From positions 71,052,001 to 71,116,000 of the forward strand of contig OX597826.1 in the NCBI GenBank assembly GCA_951406725.2: DNA of 64,000 nt, written 5' to 3'. The notes beneath the pieces were generated by a model, which saw nothing but the letters and a program-made list of their open reading frames with translations, ran no database searches and was not told the DNA's origin. The position numbers and the translations under genes are program-made. This DNA comes from Octopus vulgaris (Eukaryota). Below are positions 1 to 14,385 of the stretch, piece after piece (the stretch's first letter is position 1; each line of letters begins with the position of its first letter).

Positions 1-24
1 TTTATAATTGTCTCTCTGTCTGTC

Positions 25-69
25 ACACACACACACACGCACACAAATTCTCTCTCTCTCTCTCTCTCT

Positions 70-136
<67 letters not shown>

Positions 137-154
137 TGTGTGTGTATGTGTGTG

Positions 155-197
<43 letters not shown>
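25..197. repeat. compound microsatellite (CA)n/(TC)n/(TA)n/(TG)n
   Basis: Direct reading; representative of dozens of such tracts in the window. Confidence 0.95.
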
Positions 198-198
<1 letters not shown>

Positions 199-200
<2 letters not shown>

Positions 201-251
201 GTATTGACGAGTCGTGTCCTGTCTTGCCTTCGAAACACGCTAAGTCTACTA
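199..251 (+). ncRNA. type I hammerhead ribozyme motif (C3U core variant)
   Basis: tagta-TTGACGA-g...c-GAAAC-acgctaa-GTC-tacta; stem I tagta/tacta; second CTGATGA at 259-265 followed by a T-rich tail. Confidence 0.65.
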
Positions 252-559
252 GTGACAGCTGATGAAGGGGATTTTTCCTTGTGTAGCATGTCTTGTACCT
301 TGTTTTTCCGTTGTAAATAATGTTTTTCCCGTTTTCGTTCTCGTCCTGTTCCACGTCTCTGTCTTTCTGTTGTAACAAAATGGCTTTTCCGTTTTCGTTT
401 CTGTTGAGTTTTACGTCTTTTTGTGGTGTCCTGTACGTATATATATTTATATATGCATGTATATATACATGTAGATGTCGGTACGTACATATATGTTTGT
501 ATGTATGCATATATTTTATTTATTACGCTATATATATATATAAAAGGATATTATTGTTT

Positions 560-1005
560 ACAATAATATCAAGTGGCATAGCATACGTAAAAAACCGTAA
601 AGGTAATACTTTAAGGTAAAAAAAATTATTAATTAACAATTAAGGGTGCTACAAGTAGCATCAGCACGCTAGAAATCAGCTGTCAGAAGACGACTGCAAC
701 CACAGATTTTCACTGATACACATTATTTGAAATCGGGAGAAGGAGCAGACATTCCAAGCCCCCTTACCAATAACGGAAAGAATCGTAAATTTAAAAGCCA
801 GATAGACCCGTATCGTCATGATTTCAAACTTTGTGAAAACGTCCCTTAGTTGTTCTCAGCGAGTCTTACTGACCCAAGGGTCATAGAAACTGCCCACCTT
901 AACATTGTGCGCGATGACCGTTAATTATCAGTTAATAATTTTTTTTTACCATATGCTATTACCTTTATGGCCTTTTACGCATGTTATGCCACTTGGTATT
1001 ATTGT
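560..1005. mobile_element. MITE-like element with ~90-bp imperfect terminal inverted repeats, between (TA)n tracts
   Basis: 560-647 is the imperfect reverse complement of 917-1005. Confidence 0.75.
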
Positions 1006-1764
1006 TTATATGCATATATATATATATATATATATATATTACTTGTATTATTACATGATTGAATGCCACGCATCCATTTCCAAGTAAGTTTATCTTAATA
1101 ATTTTGATGCGAATCTAGCCTGTACTGTTCTCTCTCTCCCCCTTTCGTTTTTTTCTCTCTCTCTCATTCTTTCTCTAATTCTTTTTTCTCTCCTTCACCG
1201 TTTTCTATCTCCCTCATCCTCCTTTACTCTCTCTCTCTCTCTCTCGTTGCTTACACGTGACCATCATTCATCTTTCTTTTTCTTCAGTTTGCCGCCCAGA
1301 CCAGACACATTCTTATCTTTCTCCTTTCCTATCTTTTCTCTTGTCAAAGAATATTCCTCCAGCGTTCGCTACCTTACCTCGTCTGGCCTAACGGCCCTCC
1401 ATGTTTGTTTCGTTTGGTTTGTTGTGTGTCTTCTCTTCTCTGTCCTGTTTTTGTTACCAATTTTGACCCTCCGCAAATCCCAAATTTATTTTGGTTCGCA
1501 GGAGCAACTGTTTTTCGAAGCCTCATAGTGTCGTTAATTGCTCGAAACGTGGAGTAGAGGAACAGCCGGCAACTGATGAAGGGTCGTTGTTTATGCAACT
1601 TGTCTTGTTTTCCATTTGTTTCTCTCGTTGTTCGCATACCCAAGTTTGCCTTCGTATTTCATGTTGTGTACGTTTTGTGACGTCCTGTATTCATATATGC
1701 ATATATAGATACATATATATATACGTAAGTATGTACATATATGTATGCATATATGCATATAGAT

Positions 1765-2092
<328 letters not shown>

Positions 2093-2739
2093 AAAGTCAA
2101 AAACGTATAGTAATAAACAAACGAACGGAAAATAGATACAGGAAGTCAAGTTGAAAAACATATACTAAATGCACAGACGAATACAAAATGCCACCAACCC
2201 CTCATCACTTTACGAACAGGGTGTCAAACGCAATTTCGTGCCATTATCGATAATATTGCTTCCACTCTGGACGCATCGCCATGAATATATGGAGGCAAGG
2301 GACCTTCTGCAACAAGAAAGCAATAGTACAACATCCACTGTGGGCCGAGAAAAATATCTAATAAAAAACAAAGGGAAAACTAATATAAATCACCCCAACA
2401 TGGCCATAGTCCAATGACTGAAACAAATTTTCCTACTCTTTCTTTTTCTCTTTCTTTCTCTCTCTCTCTTCTTTTCTGCCTTTTTCCTTCTACTACAGCT
2501 ATCTCTCCTCTCTCTCTGCCTTCTCCCTCTCTCTTTACTTTTCCCTCTCTCTCTCTTTCTACCTCCCTCTCTTTCTCCCATTCTACGCTTTACTTATTTT
2601 GTTCCCCTCGGTTTCACACGCTTGTCGATTGTTACTTTAAACAATCAAATATAGGAGATGCTTGAATTTAATGCTCAGTGCTTACTTCGCCGACGACTAC
2701 TTAAACTGATATAGAATAACATGCGAGTCGGCTGCTCAG

Positions 2740-3170
2740 CACCGCGACCACAACAACTGCCATCAACCATCGCCACCACCACCACCACCAACACTACCAA
2801 CAACAACGCCGCCACAACTATTACCACCACCACCACCACCACTACTACTATTATTAATACTACCACTAGTACCAATTTCTAACGAGGCCTCATATATGGG
2901 AGAATGGTATAGTTCAACACTAAGGCTATCACTACACTAGCCTTTATGCTACAGAATACAAGCACTATCATTACCACCACCATCATCACCACCACCATCA
3001 TCACCACCACCATCACCACCACCACCACCTACTCCACCACCATCACTGTGCTATAACACAAACATCACCACCAGCACCACCACTTCTACTATATATTGCT
3101 ATATTCAATAACCATCGCCATTAATAAACCTATAAATCTACGAACATTATGTTATGTGTACTACTACTCT

Positions 3171-3212
<42 letters not shown>

Positions 3213-3456
3213 AACTCCTCCTCCTACTATTACTAGTACTACAAATCCTACTACTACTACAACTCCTACTACTACTACAACTCCTCCTCCTCCTACTACT
3301 ACTACAACTCCTACTACTACTACTACTACAACTACTACAACTCCTACTACTAATACTACTACAACTCCTACTACTACTACTACGACTACTACTACGACTA
3401 TTACTACTACTACTACTACAACTCCTACTACTACTAGTAGTACGACTACTACTACG

Positions 3457-3494
<38 letters not shown>

Positions 3495-3720
3495 AACAAC
3501 AACTCCTACTACTATCGTTATTACACAATCACTAACAACCTCCACCGTTACCGCCACAAATTATGCTTATAAATCTACCGCCGCCCCCGCTGCAACCATT
3601 ACCAATAATAATAATACTGCCACCACTACCACTACTACTACCGGTACCATCACTAACATCATTATGTTATATACTACCACCACAACACATCAATACTGTA
3701 ACATATACTTTACTTATCTT
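2740..3720. repeat. degenerate (ACC)n/(ACT)n trinucleotide tracts
   Basis: Direct reading. Confidence 0.9.
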
Positions 3721-3807
3721 TCTGCTTGACTATTTTCTTGTAATAGATAATCCATAATCAATAACTGCTAAACTGATGGCTGCTGCTGCTGCTTTTGTTG
3801 TCGTTGC

Positions 3808-3839
<32 letters not shown>

Positions 3840-3994
3840 CTATCGTCAATGTCAACGGCGGCGGCGGCGGCGGCGGTGACGGTAGCAGCGACTACGGTGG
3901 CGGCGACAACGACCAGACAGCGGCGGCAGCTGCGGCAGCGGCAACGAGGTGACAGCGTTCTAGTGGCAGCAGTTTCTCTAGTTATTGTTGTTCT

Positions 3995-4024
3995 AGATGA
4001 CGACTATGATGATGATGATGACGT

Positions 4025-4062
<38 letters not shown>

Positions 4063-4190
4063 CTGATGATGACGATCATGATGATGATGACGATGATGAT
4101 GATGATGACGATGATGATGATGATGATGACGATGATGATGATGATGTTGATGATGATGATGATTATGATGATGATGATGATGATGATGAC

Positions 4191-4227
<37 letters not shown>

Positions 4228-4490
4228 ATGATGACGATGATTATGATGACGATGATGATGATGATGATTATGATGATTATGATGATGACGATGATGATGA
4301 TGATGATGATGATTATGATGATGATGATGATGATGATTATGATGATGATGATGTTGATGATGATGTTGATGATGACGATGATGAGGATGAGGATGATGTC
4401 GGCGACGATGATGATGATGATGATGATGATGACAACGATGATGACCACGACGATGATGATGATGATAATGATGATGATGATTATGATGGT
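3995..4490. repeat. (GAT)n microsatellite
   Basis: Direct reading. Confidence 0.95.
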
Positions 4491-4534
4491 ACTGTTGTTG
4501 CTGCTGCTAAGGATGATGGTACTGATAATAAAAC

Positions 4535-4697
4535 AGGTGCAGGAGTGGCTGTGTGGTAAGTAGCTTGCTTCCCAGCCACATGGTTCCGGGTTCAGTCCCA
4601 CTGCATGGCACCTTAGGCAAGTGTCTTCTACTATAGCCTCGGGCCAACCAAACCCTTGTGAGTTGATTTGGTAGACAGAAACTGAAAAGAAGCCCGT

Positions 4698-4772
<75 letters not shown>

Positions 4773-5030
4773 CTATGTATGTATGAGTGTGTATATGTTT
4801 GTGCGTCTGTGTTTGTCCCCCCCAACATCGCTTGACAACCGATGCTGGTGTGTTTACGACCCCGTAACTTAGCGGTCCGGCAAAAGATGACCGATAGAAT
4901 AAGTACTAGGCTTACAAAGAATAAGTCCTGGGGATCGATTTGCTCGACTAAAGGCGGTGCTCCAGCATGGCCGCAGTCAAATGACTGAAACAAATAAAAA
5001 GAGTAAAAAAAAAGAAAGGGAGTAAAGAGT
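4535..5030 (+). mobile_element. tRNA-derived SINE family A (CORE-like), full length with internal TA/TG microsatellite
   Basis: A box tggctgtgtgg, B box gggttcagtccc, CORE-like ccttaggcaagtgtctt, (gtaaaaga)n tail; more than 10 copies or fragments in the window. Confidence 0.9.
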
Positions 5031-5720
5031 TAACCCCGGTTCAGTCCTGACTGAACATATCGTCCGTGAAAAAAGCTGACCATTAACACACATTTTTTTT
5101 CTTTTCTATTCCTTCCTTTTTTTCTATTTTCTTTTTTTTTTTTTTTTTTTTTTTTTGCTTTGTCCAACACCGTATATCCAGGACTACATTATTCGATGTA
5201 TCCTTCACTCGAATTACACCATCACCGACCATCCTTAACGAAACTGATAGTTTTAGTGGGATAAATAACACGCAGACGTTACTCAGAATCACCGGCCCGA
5301 GCGTTCGACTCTAACCTGGGTCTACCAATTTTTTTTTTTTTTTTATGCGGGAATTTGGTAAACGGAAACCTGATGGAGATTGTTACTACTTTCGTGACTG
5401 TGTGATAAGAATTTTGCATCTCAGCCACATTGTTCTGGGTTCAGTCCCACTGCGTGTCACCTTGGACAAGCATCTTCTACTATAGTCCTGGGCCGACTAA
5501 AGCCTTGAAGGTGGATTTAAAAAAACAGAAAAAAATTAGTAGAGATAGCTTTTGGTGGGTGGGGGGGCATAATTTTTATTTTAATCTTATTTTAATTTAC
5601 AGTAAACATTATTATTAAGATTAAAACAAATATTATCCCCCCCCAAAAAAAAAAAGCCATCTCTACTCATGTTTTCAAATATATATAATACTGTACAAAG
5701 AACTTTCCTTCTATTATTCT

Positions 5721-6201
<481 letters not shown>

Positions 6202-6526
6202 TGTGTGTGCTCATAGGGTTAAAGTAGGTTTGGTGGGGAGTGCTTAAGTAGCATATAGATGGCGCTTAGTTGAGAAAGATTGGTGGAGAATGAAAGATGA
6301 TATTATCCACGTAGAAGTGAAAATTATTAGATACGACGGCAAGTAGGTGGTTCACGTATAAGAAGACTGTAGATAAGAAACAAAGCCGACCCTTGGCCTT
6401 CATCAGAGTTGAAAGACGGTGAGTAAGAGAGAGGATTTAATAAGTACAGACCGTAACAGCGCGATACGGCAAGAATAAACAGATCCAAGAGATGAGAACC
6501 GAGTAGAGAACACAGGCACCTGCAGC

Positions 6527-7180
6527 GGTGGTGGTGATGGTGGTGGTGGTGGTGGAATGGTGGTGGTTGTTGTTGTTGTTGGTGGTGGTGGTGGTGATGG
6601 TGGTGTTGGTGGTGGTGGTGGTGGTGATGGTGGTGGTGGTGGTGATGGTGGCGGTGGTGGTGGTGGCAGTGGTGGTGATGGTGATGGTGATGGTGATGGT
6701 GATGGTGGTAATGGTGGTGGTGGTGGTGATGGTGATGGTGGTGGTGGTGGTGGTGGTGGTGATGGTAGTGGTGGTGGTGGTAATGGTGATGGTTTTTGTG
6801 GCGGTGATAGTGATGGTGATGGTGGTGGTGGTGGCGGTGGTGGTGATGGTGATGGTGATGGTGGTGGTGGTGGTGGTGGTGGTGGTGATGGTGATGGTGG
6901 TGGTGGTGGTGGTGGTGGTGGTGATGGTGGTGGTGGTGGTGGTGGTGGTGGTGGTGGTGGTGGTGGTGGTGGTGGTGGTGGTGGTGATGGTGGGTGGTGG
7001 TGGTGGTGGTGATGGTGATGGTGGTGGTGGTGGTGATGGTGATGGTGGTGGTGGTGGTGATGGTGGTGGTGGTGGTGGTGGTGATGGTGATGGTGATGGT
7101 GGTGGTGGTGGTGGTGGTGGTGGTGATGGTGGTGGTGATGGTGGTGGTGGTGGTGGTGGTGGTGGTGGTGGTGGTGGTGC
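6527..7180. repeat. (GGT)n microsatellite
   Basis: Direct reading. Confidence 0.95.
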
Positions 7181-7571
7181 GGATGGTTTACATAATGATG
7201 GTAGCAGTGGTAGTAGTGATGGACGTATTGATGGCTATCGCGGTTATTAATGATATTGTAGTTCGACTTAAAAGGTTTGTTTATTTTTCTGCTGATTTCT
7301 TCCAGAAATATTGTTTATTGTCTTAGATGTTTACTGTTTAATCCTTTTATCGACCATTCGATCTTTCCTGACGCCATCCTTCTTTTAATTTAGAAACGTG
7401 TGTATGTATGCACACACACATACACCCACACACACACACATACACACACATATATATTTGGACAGATATACCCATACGTCTACAAGGTGAGGCATATAGT
7501 GTTTATGTACATACTAGCATATGATAGAAAATGGTGCATCAGTACAACAGGAAAAACCATTGATAAATATA

Positions 7572-7803
7572 TATTTCTTTATTACCCACAAGGGGCTAAA
7601 CACAGAGGGGCACAAACAAGGACAGACATAGGTATTAAGTCGATTATATCGACCCCAGTGCGTAACTGGTACTTAATTTATCGACCCCGAAAGGATGAAA
7701 GGCAAAGTCGACCTCGGCGGAATTTGAACTTACAACGTAACGCAGACGAAATACAGCTAAGCATTTCGCCCGGCGTGCTAACGTTTCTGCCAGCTCGCCG
7801 CCT
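7572..7803 (-). mobile_element. tRNA-derived SINE family B
   Basis: Head ggcggcgagctggcagaaacgttagc, B box gttcaaattcc, body ggtcgactttgcctttcatcctttcggggtcgataaa; many copies. Confidence 0.9.
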
Positions 7804-8079
7804 TTAATTGATAAATATCAACAATCGAATTAATATATGTACATACATAGAACTGAAGCACTTTTAACGTCTCGGTTAAAACTATTATCGTCCATGTAAT
7901 ACATAAGACATCCACTTTTCCTTGCTCACATGGATCAGACAGGTTATGTAACACCGGCTGCCCTTCTTGCCACCAACCTCATGTATCTACAAGTAAAGTA
8001 ATATTTTTACCATGTCCAGACAGGATTACGTGGAAGATTGGAATCAAAGAACACACTTTGCATGACAGTGACACGCCCA

Positions 8080-8220
8080 GGTACATTTATTAATACGTTC
8101 ATACTATATGATGGATTGAACCACAGGACCTTCGTCCGCCTACAACTCCTAGATCGAGTTAAGGTGGGCTTAGTATAAGTGATATCTTCATAAAAGTTAG
8201 ACATTTCTTACCGCAAAGCA
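8080..8220 (-). pseudogene. Penelope-like element RT/linker fragment
   Basis: Translation RRTKVLWFNPSYSMNVLINV resembles the RxRxIIWFNPPxSxNVxTN motif of PLE proteins. Confidence 0.6.
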
Positions 8221-9298
8221 GTCTTATTTAAAGCAAACTTTTTATCTGCCGGTTTCTGTTCTGCTACCACATTTTGGGAAATTGTAATGAGAAAGCAGTG
8301 GCTGTGCTGAAAAAGGTTGAAGTGAGAGAATGAAGTTATTATAAAGAGAGATAGGCAGTAAATAAAGATTATGTGATTGTACATGGACGATCACAAATAT
8401 AATGATATTGGTATGTGCAATTTTCACCTGACCATAAGGTGGGGGTTTTATTATTGAAATTGATATTCAAAAGTAATTTCAAGTCATATAAAAATAACGA
8501 TTCCAAGCAATATAAGCAAATTTCAGACGTAATATACACAGCAATTCAGATAATATATAAAAATGGTTCGTGTGTAATATATAAAGCAATTCAAGTATCA
8601 TATAAAAATGTACGTATTACATGCAATACAAAACGTAAAAGCGTCATAAAGTTGCGTTAGACGAGTGAACAGTATACGTTGAGAAAAATATGAGCTGTAA
8701 ATTAAAATAAATAAGTTCTTTTGAGTGTAATATAATTATAGAATTGAAATATATATTCACAGATGTGTAGCAAAACGCCCCCCGTCCAATGGACGGTGCT
8801 GAGTTGTCAAACATTTAAACCAAATTTTCTCAAAACAACTTGTCCGACCGTCCCATAGGCCTCCTCTTTGAGAAACACTGATTTAACCTAAATTTGGGAC
8901 ACCAGCAAAAGAAGAAATAAAGATAGACTTTTTTCTATTCCAAAGAAAAACGATTTTATTCACACAAATAAGCAACCGAAGAGTTTAAAGTACCAGTAAT
9001 GATAAGGCTGTTGACTGGGAGAACACAAACATGGTTTAAACAGTAAGCTTGGCAGGAAAGAAACGTGCCTTTAAACTGAAAGAAGACCGTTGATTTGCTG
9101 CTACCCGAAACACCGAAAAATATAAGTTCGATGTAACTAGACATTTCTTGAACTGCTTCCTTCTGAGGGTGGGGCTTTGCGCCTGAGATATAAATGGTTC
9201 TGTAAAACCTTCTTTCTGCATTGTTAGATGCATTCTTATTTTTCATTTTCTTTATCTACTTCTGTACTACAATGCTTCAAACAAACTACAACACCCTT

Positions 9299-9346
<48 letters not shown>

Positions 9347-9652
9347 TTATAGATAAAGGGTAAAAAATATTATGTTGATAAAGGAAATGGGGTTGTGAAA
9401 ATATATATATATATATCGTTATAGATAAGGTAAAATAGTTATAAAATAATTTTTATAATTCTAATCCAGAAACGCGTCCATAATTAATCGAAGACTGTTT
9501 GATTTCATTATTTTCTTTCTTTTTAGCTATGTGAGTTGCAGATATTGTTATCTGTGGAGTCATATTTTGTAGCGAAAAGAAATAACAGTCTTTTGGCGGC
9601 TATTTCTAAATTTTCAGTATGTGGTGAAGCAACTTGTTGCTAAGCCCTTAAT

Positions 9653-9694
<42 letters not shown>

Positions 9695-9714
9695 AGCGTG
9701 TGTGAGCGTGTGTG

Positions 9715-9932
9715 AGCGTGTGTGTGTTTGTCCCCTACCAAGCAGTGCTGGTGTGTTTACGTCCACGTAACTTAGCAGTTCGGCTAAAAAGAGACCGATA
9801 GAATAAGTACCAGACTTTAAAGAAAGATAAGTACTGAGGTCGATATTTATTCGACTAAAAATTCTTCAAGGCACAAGGTGTCGCCCCAGCATGGCCGCAG
9901 TCTAATGATTACAACAAGTAAAAGATAAAAGA
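9715..9932 (+). mobile_element. SINE family A, 3' half (diverged)
   Basis: Similarity to 4800-5030. Confidence 0.8.
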
Positions 9933-9974
9933 GAAAAAGATGGACGTCATAGTGAATATATAAAGAAAAAAGGA

Positions 9975-10380
9975 TACTCTTTTACTTGTTTCAGTCATTT
10001 GACTGCGCCCATGCTGGAGCACCGCCTTTAGTCGAGCAAATTGACCCCGGGACTTATTCTTTGTAAGCCCAGTACTTATTCTATCGGTCTCTTTTGCCGA
10101 ACCGCTAAGTAACGGGGACGTAAACACACCAGCATCGGTTGTCAAGCAATGCTAGGGGGACAAACACAGACACACAAACATATACACACACACATATATA
10201 TATATATACATATATACGACAGGCTTCTTTCAGTTTCCGTTTACCAAATCCACTCACAAGGCATTGGTCGGCCCGGGGCTATAGCAGAAGACACTTGCCC
10301 AAGATGCCACTCAGTGAGACTGAACCCGGAACCATGTGGTTGGTTAGCAAGCTACTTACCACACAGCCACTCCTGCGCCT
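9975..10380 (-). mobile_element. SINE family A, full length
   Basis: Reverse-complement match to 4535-5030. Confidence 0.9.
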
Positions 10381-10957
10381 TATATTGAAACATGAAGAAT
10401 GTTATGATGTATGTGTAAGAAGAGATGGAACTGGTATGTGCAGATGGATTTCAATAAGGAAATTATTGAAATGGATTATTGTTTGATCATTCTATTTTGA
10501 AAAGCAAATATTAGATACTGAACAATGAAATGAAATTTCTTACGGTTGAGATAATCAATGTTATTATGTTAAATGTTAAACCTCTGACTTTTTTACAATA
10601 TAAACTTATATTTTAACTAATTACAGAGGCAGTTTACGTCATAGAAATATAAACTTGTCTTATGAATATTTTATTATTACTTCTATGATTCAAGAGAACC
10701 AAATATTAAAAAGACAACATAATCTATCTTAGCGTTTATTGCAATAAATTATTTATAAAGAGCGATAATGTGGTGTCTCGTTTGAAATATGACGAAAGTT
10801 TATCCGAAATACAAGAGATGTTTTCAAATATTTAGGTGTGAAAAAATATATATTGAATTGATAAAATTATATAATAGTTGTTGTACTTCAGACTTATCTG
10901 TCTCTGGAATTATAATAACGTTTACAATAATAAATAGAATTGCCAGGCGTAAATAAG

Positions 10958-11172
10958 ATCTTTTCTACTAAAGGCACAAGGCCTGAAATTTTGGGGAAGG
11001 GGACTAGTCGTTTACGTCGACCTCAGTGTTTCACTGGTACTTCATTTACCGACCTCGAAAGGATGAAAGAAAAAGTCGAACTCGGCAGAATTTGAACTCA
11101 GAATGTAAAGACGGATAAAATGCTCCTAAACATTTCGCTCAGCGTGCTAACAACTGTGCTAGCTCGCCGCCT
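10958..11172 (-). mobile_element. SINE family B with alternative tail
   Basis: B head and body followed by aaatttcaggccttgtgcctttagtagaaa. Confidence 0.85.
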
Positions 11173-12984
11173 TTTGGGCATTAAAGAATGTCATGCAAAC
11201 TTTAATGGAATTGGTTCTCTAAGTACTAATAAAACTCTAAATGATAGCACAATCTTCGACTTTTTCTATACAAAATAGTTTTTGACTCCAAAAATAACGT
11301 GCTATTATTTACAGTTTTATATCTACTTCGAAAACCAATTCCACAAAAAAAAAAAGAATTATTCTACCTTCTCTCCAAAGATTATAAATCCTTTTGATGT
11401 TATAAAAATTAATTTAAAAGTAAATTTGTTTTTTGAAAATATATGAAGGCATTCGATTTAACGTATCGCATGCTCTGAAAATAAATATGAAATCGTATAT
11501 TCTCTCTTGTGTATTATAATGGTACAGGGCCGGGATAATCTCAACATGTTAAAAATAAAATAAAATTTAGGGGTAAATGTAAAACAAAATTAATATTTTT
11601 GAGTAAAGTCGGCAGTTTAAAAGTTTGAAATAATACAGCATAACAAATGAGATGTAGAAAATCGTCTCATTTCAATAATTCTTAATCCTTCTGCTTCAAG
11701 CCTGGCTCCATTTTCTTGTTTCATTTCGTTTTCTTTCTGATGAATATTTGATACACTACAAAATAAATCTATAGATTTTAGCCAACACTGCATGTTATGT
11801 TTCTCTTTGTTTTGCTTACTGTCGTTTTGCAGTAATCCCTTTTCTTTGGAATTCAAGTCAAATATTGACCTCTTCATATATTTTCATCCGCTTATGCTTG
11901 ACCAAATGCATGTTTGAAAATTTGGCTCTTTACCTCCTGACACTTACGTTATCACTCCTTAACTCTCCTACATTATTCTCACTCACTCACAAGTGCCATT
12001 CTTTCTTTCTTTCCTTCCTTCTGTCTGTCTTTCTTTCTTTGTCACACACTTCTCTTGCGAGAGTTTTAAAAAAATCATGTACTCTACACAAAAGTATTGA
12101 ATAGTTTTTCAGTTTCATGTTAAATTGTTTTTAACGTGACATAAATACAAACAATGTATATATAATTTTCTCTTTGTTTTTTCTGTCAATCGAAGTCTTC
12201 CACCATTTTTCTATTTATTAACCAACATCTCACCCAGACTTCTATATCATACACAAATTTCTTTCTCTCATGTCTTTATCATATGCTTACTCTCTGAGCT
12301 TATATTTTATCTCGTTATTTCTCTAATTATTTATCTTTATTGTAAGACTTCCTTTTAAATCTTTACGCACATCTCTTATTTCGATACATAATCGTGTTAT
12401 CTCTTCCACTCGTTTTTTTCATTCTCTCCGTATTTTTCACTCTACTCGTATGTCTGTCTGCCTCACCAACATTCTTGAGTGCTGACTATTTTTCTCTCCT
12501 TGTCTCTCTATCTCCTTCCCACTTATCTGTTTATCAATCTAATCTACCTATAGCAACTTATCTATTTGTCAATCTAATCCACATAAGCTAATCGCTTATA
12601 CCAAAAAAAGAAAAGCTACATTCATGTCATGCGACTGATATGAACGCGTACCTACATATTTAATTTTGAGAATTATTTAACTACATACTACAGATGACAC
12701 ACTAACTCATTCACTTTTTTTAAAAATCAGCAATAGCATTACATTAACCAATTTACTAGTGTGGCCGGTGAAACTTATTGCTTACTTCCACGTAGAAAAC
12801 TTATGCTTTCTTTTGAATTAAATTCGACACGGATTCGAACCATCTATATTCTCGGTTGAATATTCAGCTTCAAGAATGGAAATCATACAAGTAAGGAACA
12901 GACTCAGACAATGGATTGATCTAGATGTAGAATGTAATAAAAAAATTGAGAGAATTGTTGTAGGAGGTCTTCTTTAAACAGTTT

Positions 12985-13128
12985 TAGTTAGTTAGTTAGT
13001 TAATTTTTTGGCTCAGAAAGCAAAAAGCAAGGCCATGTAGGGGGACATGGAGTTTTGTACAGGGTGGTGTTCATGTAAAGAGTTCAGACCACTTGAGGTC
13101 AAAGGAGACTTTGAACCGAGCGGTCGAG
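12985..13128 (-). mobile_element. 3' end of a CR1-like LINE with (AACT)n tail
   Basis: Ends in TARFKVSFDLKWSELFT*, short UTR, tandem tail. Confidence 0.45.
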
Positions 13129-13249
13129 TTTTTACATACCGATGCGACGTGATAGAAATCGATTCAACATTGCAACATGGAATTCCAACCCAGTACCACT
13201 TTTCCTACTAGTTTTCTGGTTTAAAATTTTTGATATTTTTTGCTACACA

Positions 13250-13351
13250 TCTGTTATATAAAATCCGTTTTGTCTGTCTGTCTGTGTGTCTTCTAGGATC
13301 TCGGGTATCCTCCATCCGATTGCGCTCAAATTTGTTATATAGATACCGACG
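13250..13351 (+). mobile_element. Helitron-like 5' end fragment
   Basis: A|TC...tatataaaatccgtt start; reverse-complement match to 46168-46275. Confidence 0.55.
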
Positions 13352-13358
13352 TAAAAAT

Positions 13359-13533
13359 ATACCTTGATGAATTCATTGCCATGAAACCACCTCAATTCTG
13401 GGAAGAGGGTATTTTCAAGTTAAAGGAATGATGGAGACGCATTGTGCAACAAAATGGTTCATATTTGGTTGATTAAAAATATAAGGGCAAGTATTTATTG
13501 ACCTTTTTCTTTTCCTTTCCTTTAAAAATCGGC
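13359..13533 (+). mobile_element. mariner 3' fragment, same family as 24271-24836
   Basis: YLDEFIAMKPPQFWEEGIFKLKE*WRRIVQQNGSYLVD* plus partial TIR aaatcggc. Confidence 0.85.
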
Positions 13534-14002
13534 CGTCAGAGCTCTCTAAGTCTAAATACCGTTGTAGTTGTCCGTGCTTTTCATCTTTCCGCACAGGATA
13601 TGATAGAGTACCAGTAAAGTACAAGATACGATGTAATCGACTCTACCCTCACCTACAAGTATACCTGTATTATTGCTGAAAGAAAAATCGATTTCGTAAA
13701 CTTTGTTTACGTTCCTCAAGAAAACTTTGATATTGTGCCTATTTTAGAAATCGATATTCAGCTAATTTAAGCAACGGTAAGGGTTAAAAAGAAGACGAAA
13801 TACGTAAGAGTACGAGGAAATTATTGATGGTCTCACTGGCCAAAAACTACGTCAATTTGCATTGACGTCACGCAAGCTGTTTATTTCACGAAACAAATTA
13901 TCATTAACATTCTATAACCACTGATTTCCTTTTTCCTTCTCTTTCTCTCACTCACTGTCTCTCTCTCTCCCTCTTATATATATATATAAGAGAGAGTTTA
14001 TG

Positions 14003-14034
<32 letters not shown>

Positions 14035-14050
14035 AGAGAGAGAGTTTATG

Positions 14051-14097
<47 letters not shown>

Positions 14098-14209
14098 GAG
14101 GGTAAAATTAATTAATTATTAATCAATTTCACCAAGTGTTCAGTATGCAAAGGGACCATTTAAGGCGAAATTTGAATAATGTAATAAAAATGTAATAATA
14201 ATGTAATGT

Positions 14210-14248
<39 letters not shown>

Positions 14249-14319
14249 TACATATATATATATATATACATATATATACATATATATACATATATATACA
14301 TATATATATACATACATAC

Positions 14320-14385
<66 letters not shown>

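Noticed and set aside
1540-1585. GAAAC...GTA...CTGATGA read as a type II hammerhead
   Set aside because: The segment between the cleavage triplet and the core cannot form stem I in any of the three copies
3130-4601. Poly-Thr mucin-like and poly-Asp ORFs
   Set aside because: Trinucleotide repeats open in several frames on both strands, with no unique coding context
6528-7326. Gly-rich or Val-rich ORFs
   Set aside because: (GGT)n microsatellite
8990-9180. Possible LINE RT fragment (AWQERNVPLN*KKTV)
   Set aside because: Too short and degenerate to support without a search
11617-11877. 86-aa non-repetitive ORF
   Set aside because: No recognisable motif or convincing splice sites
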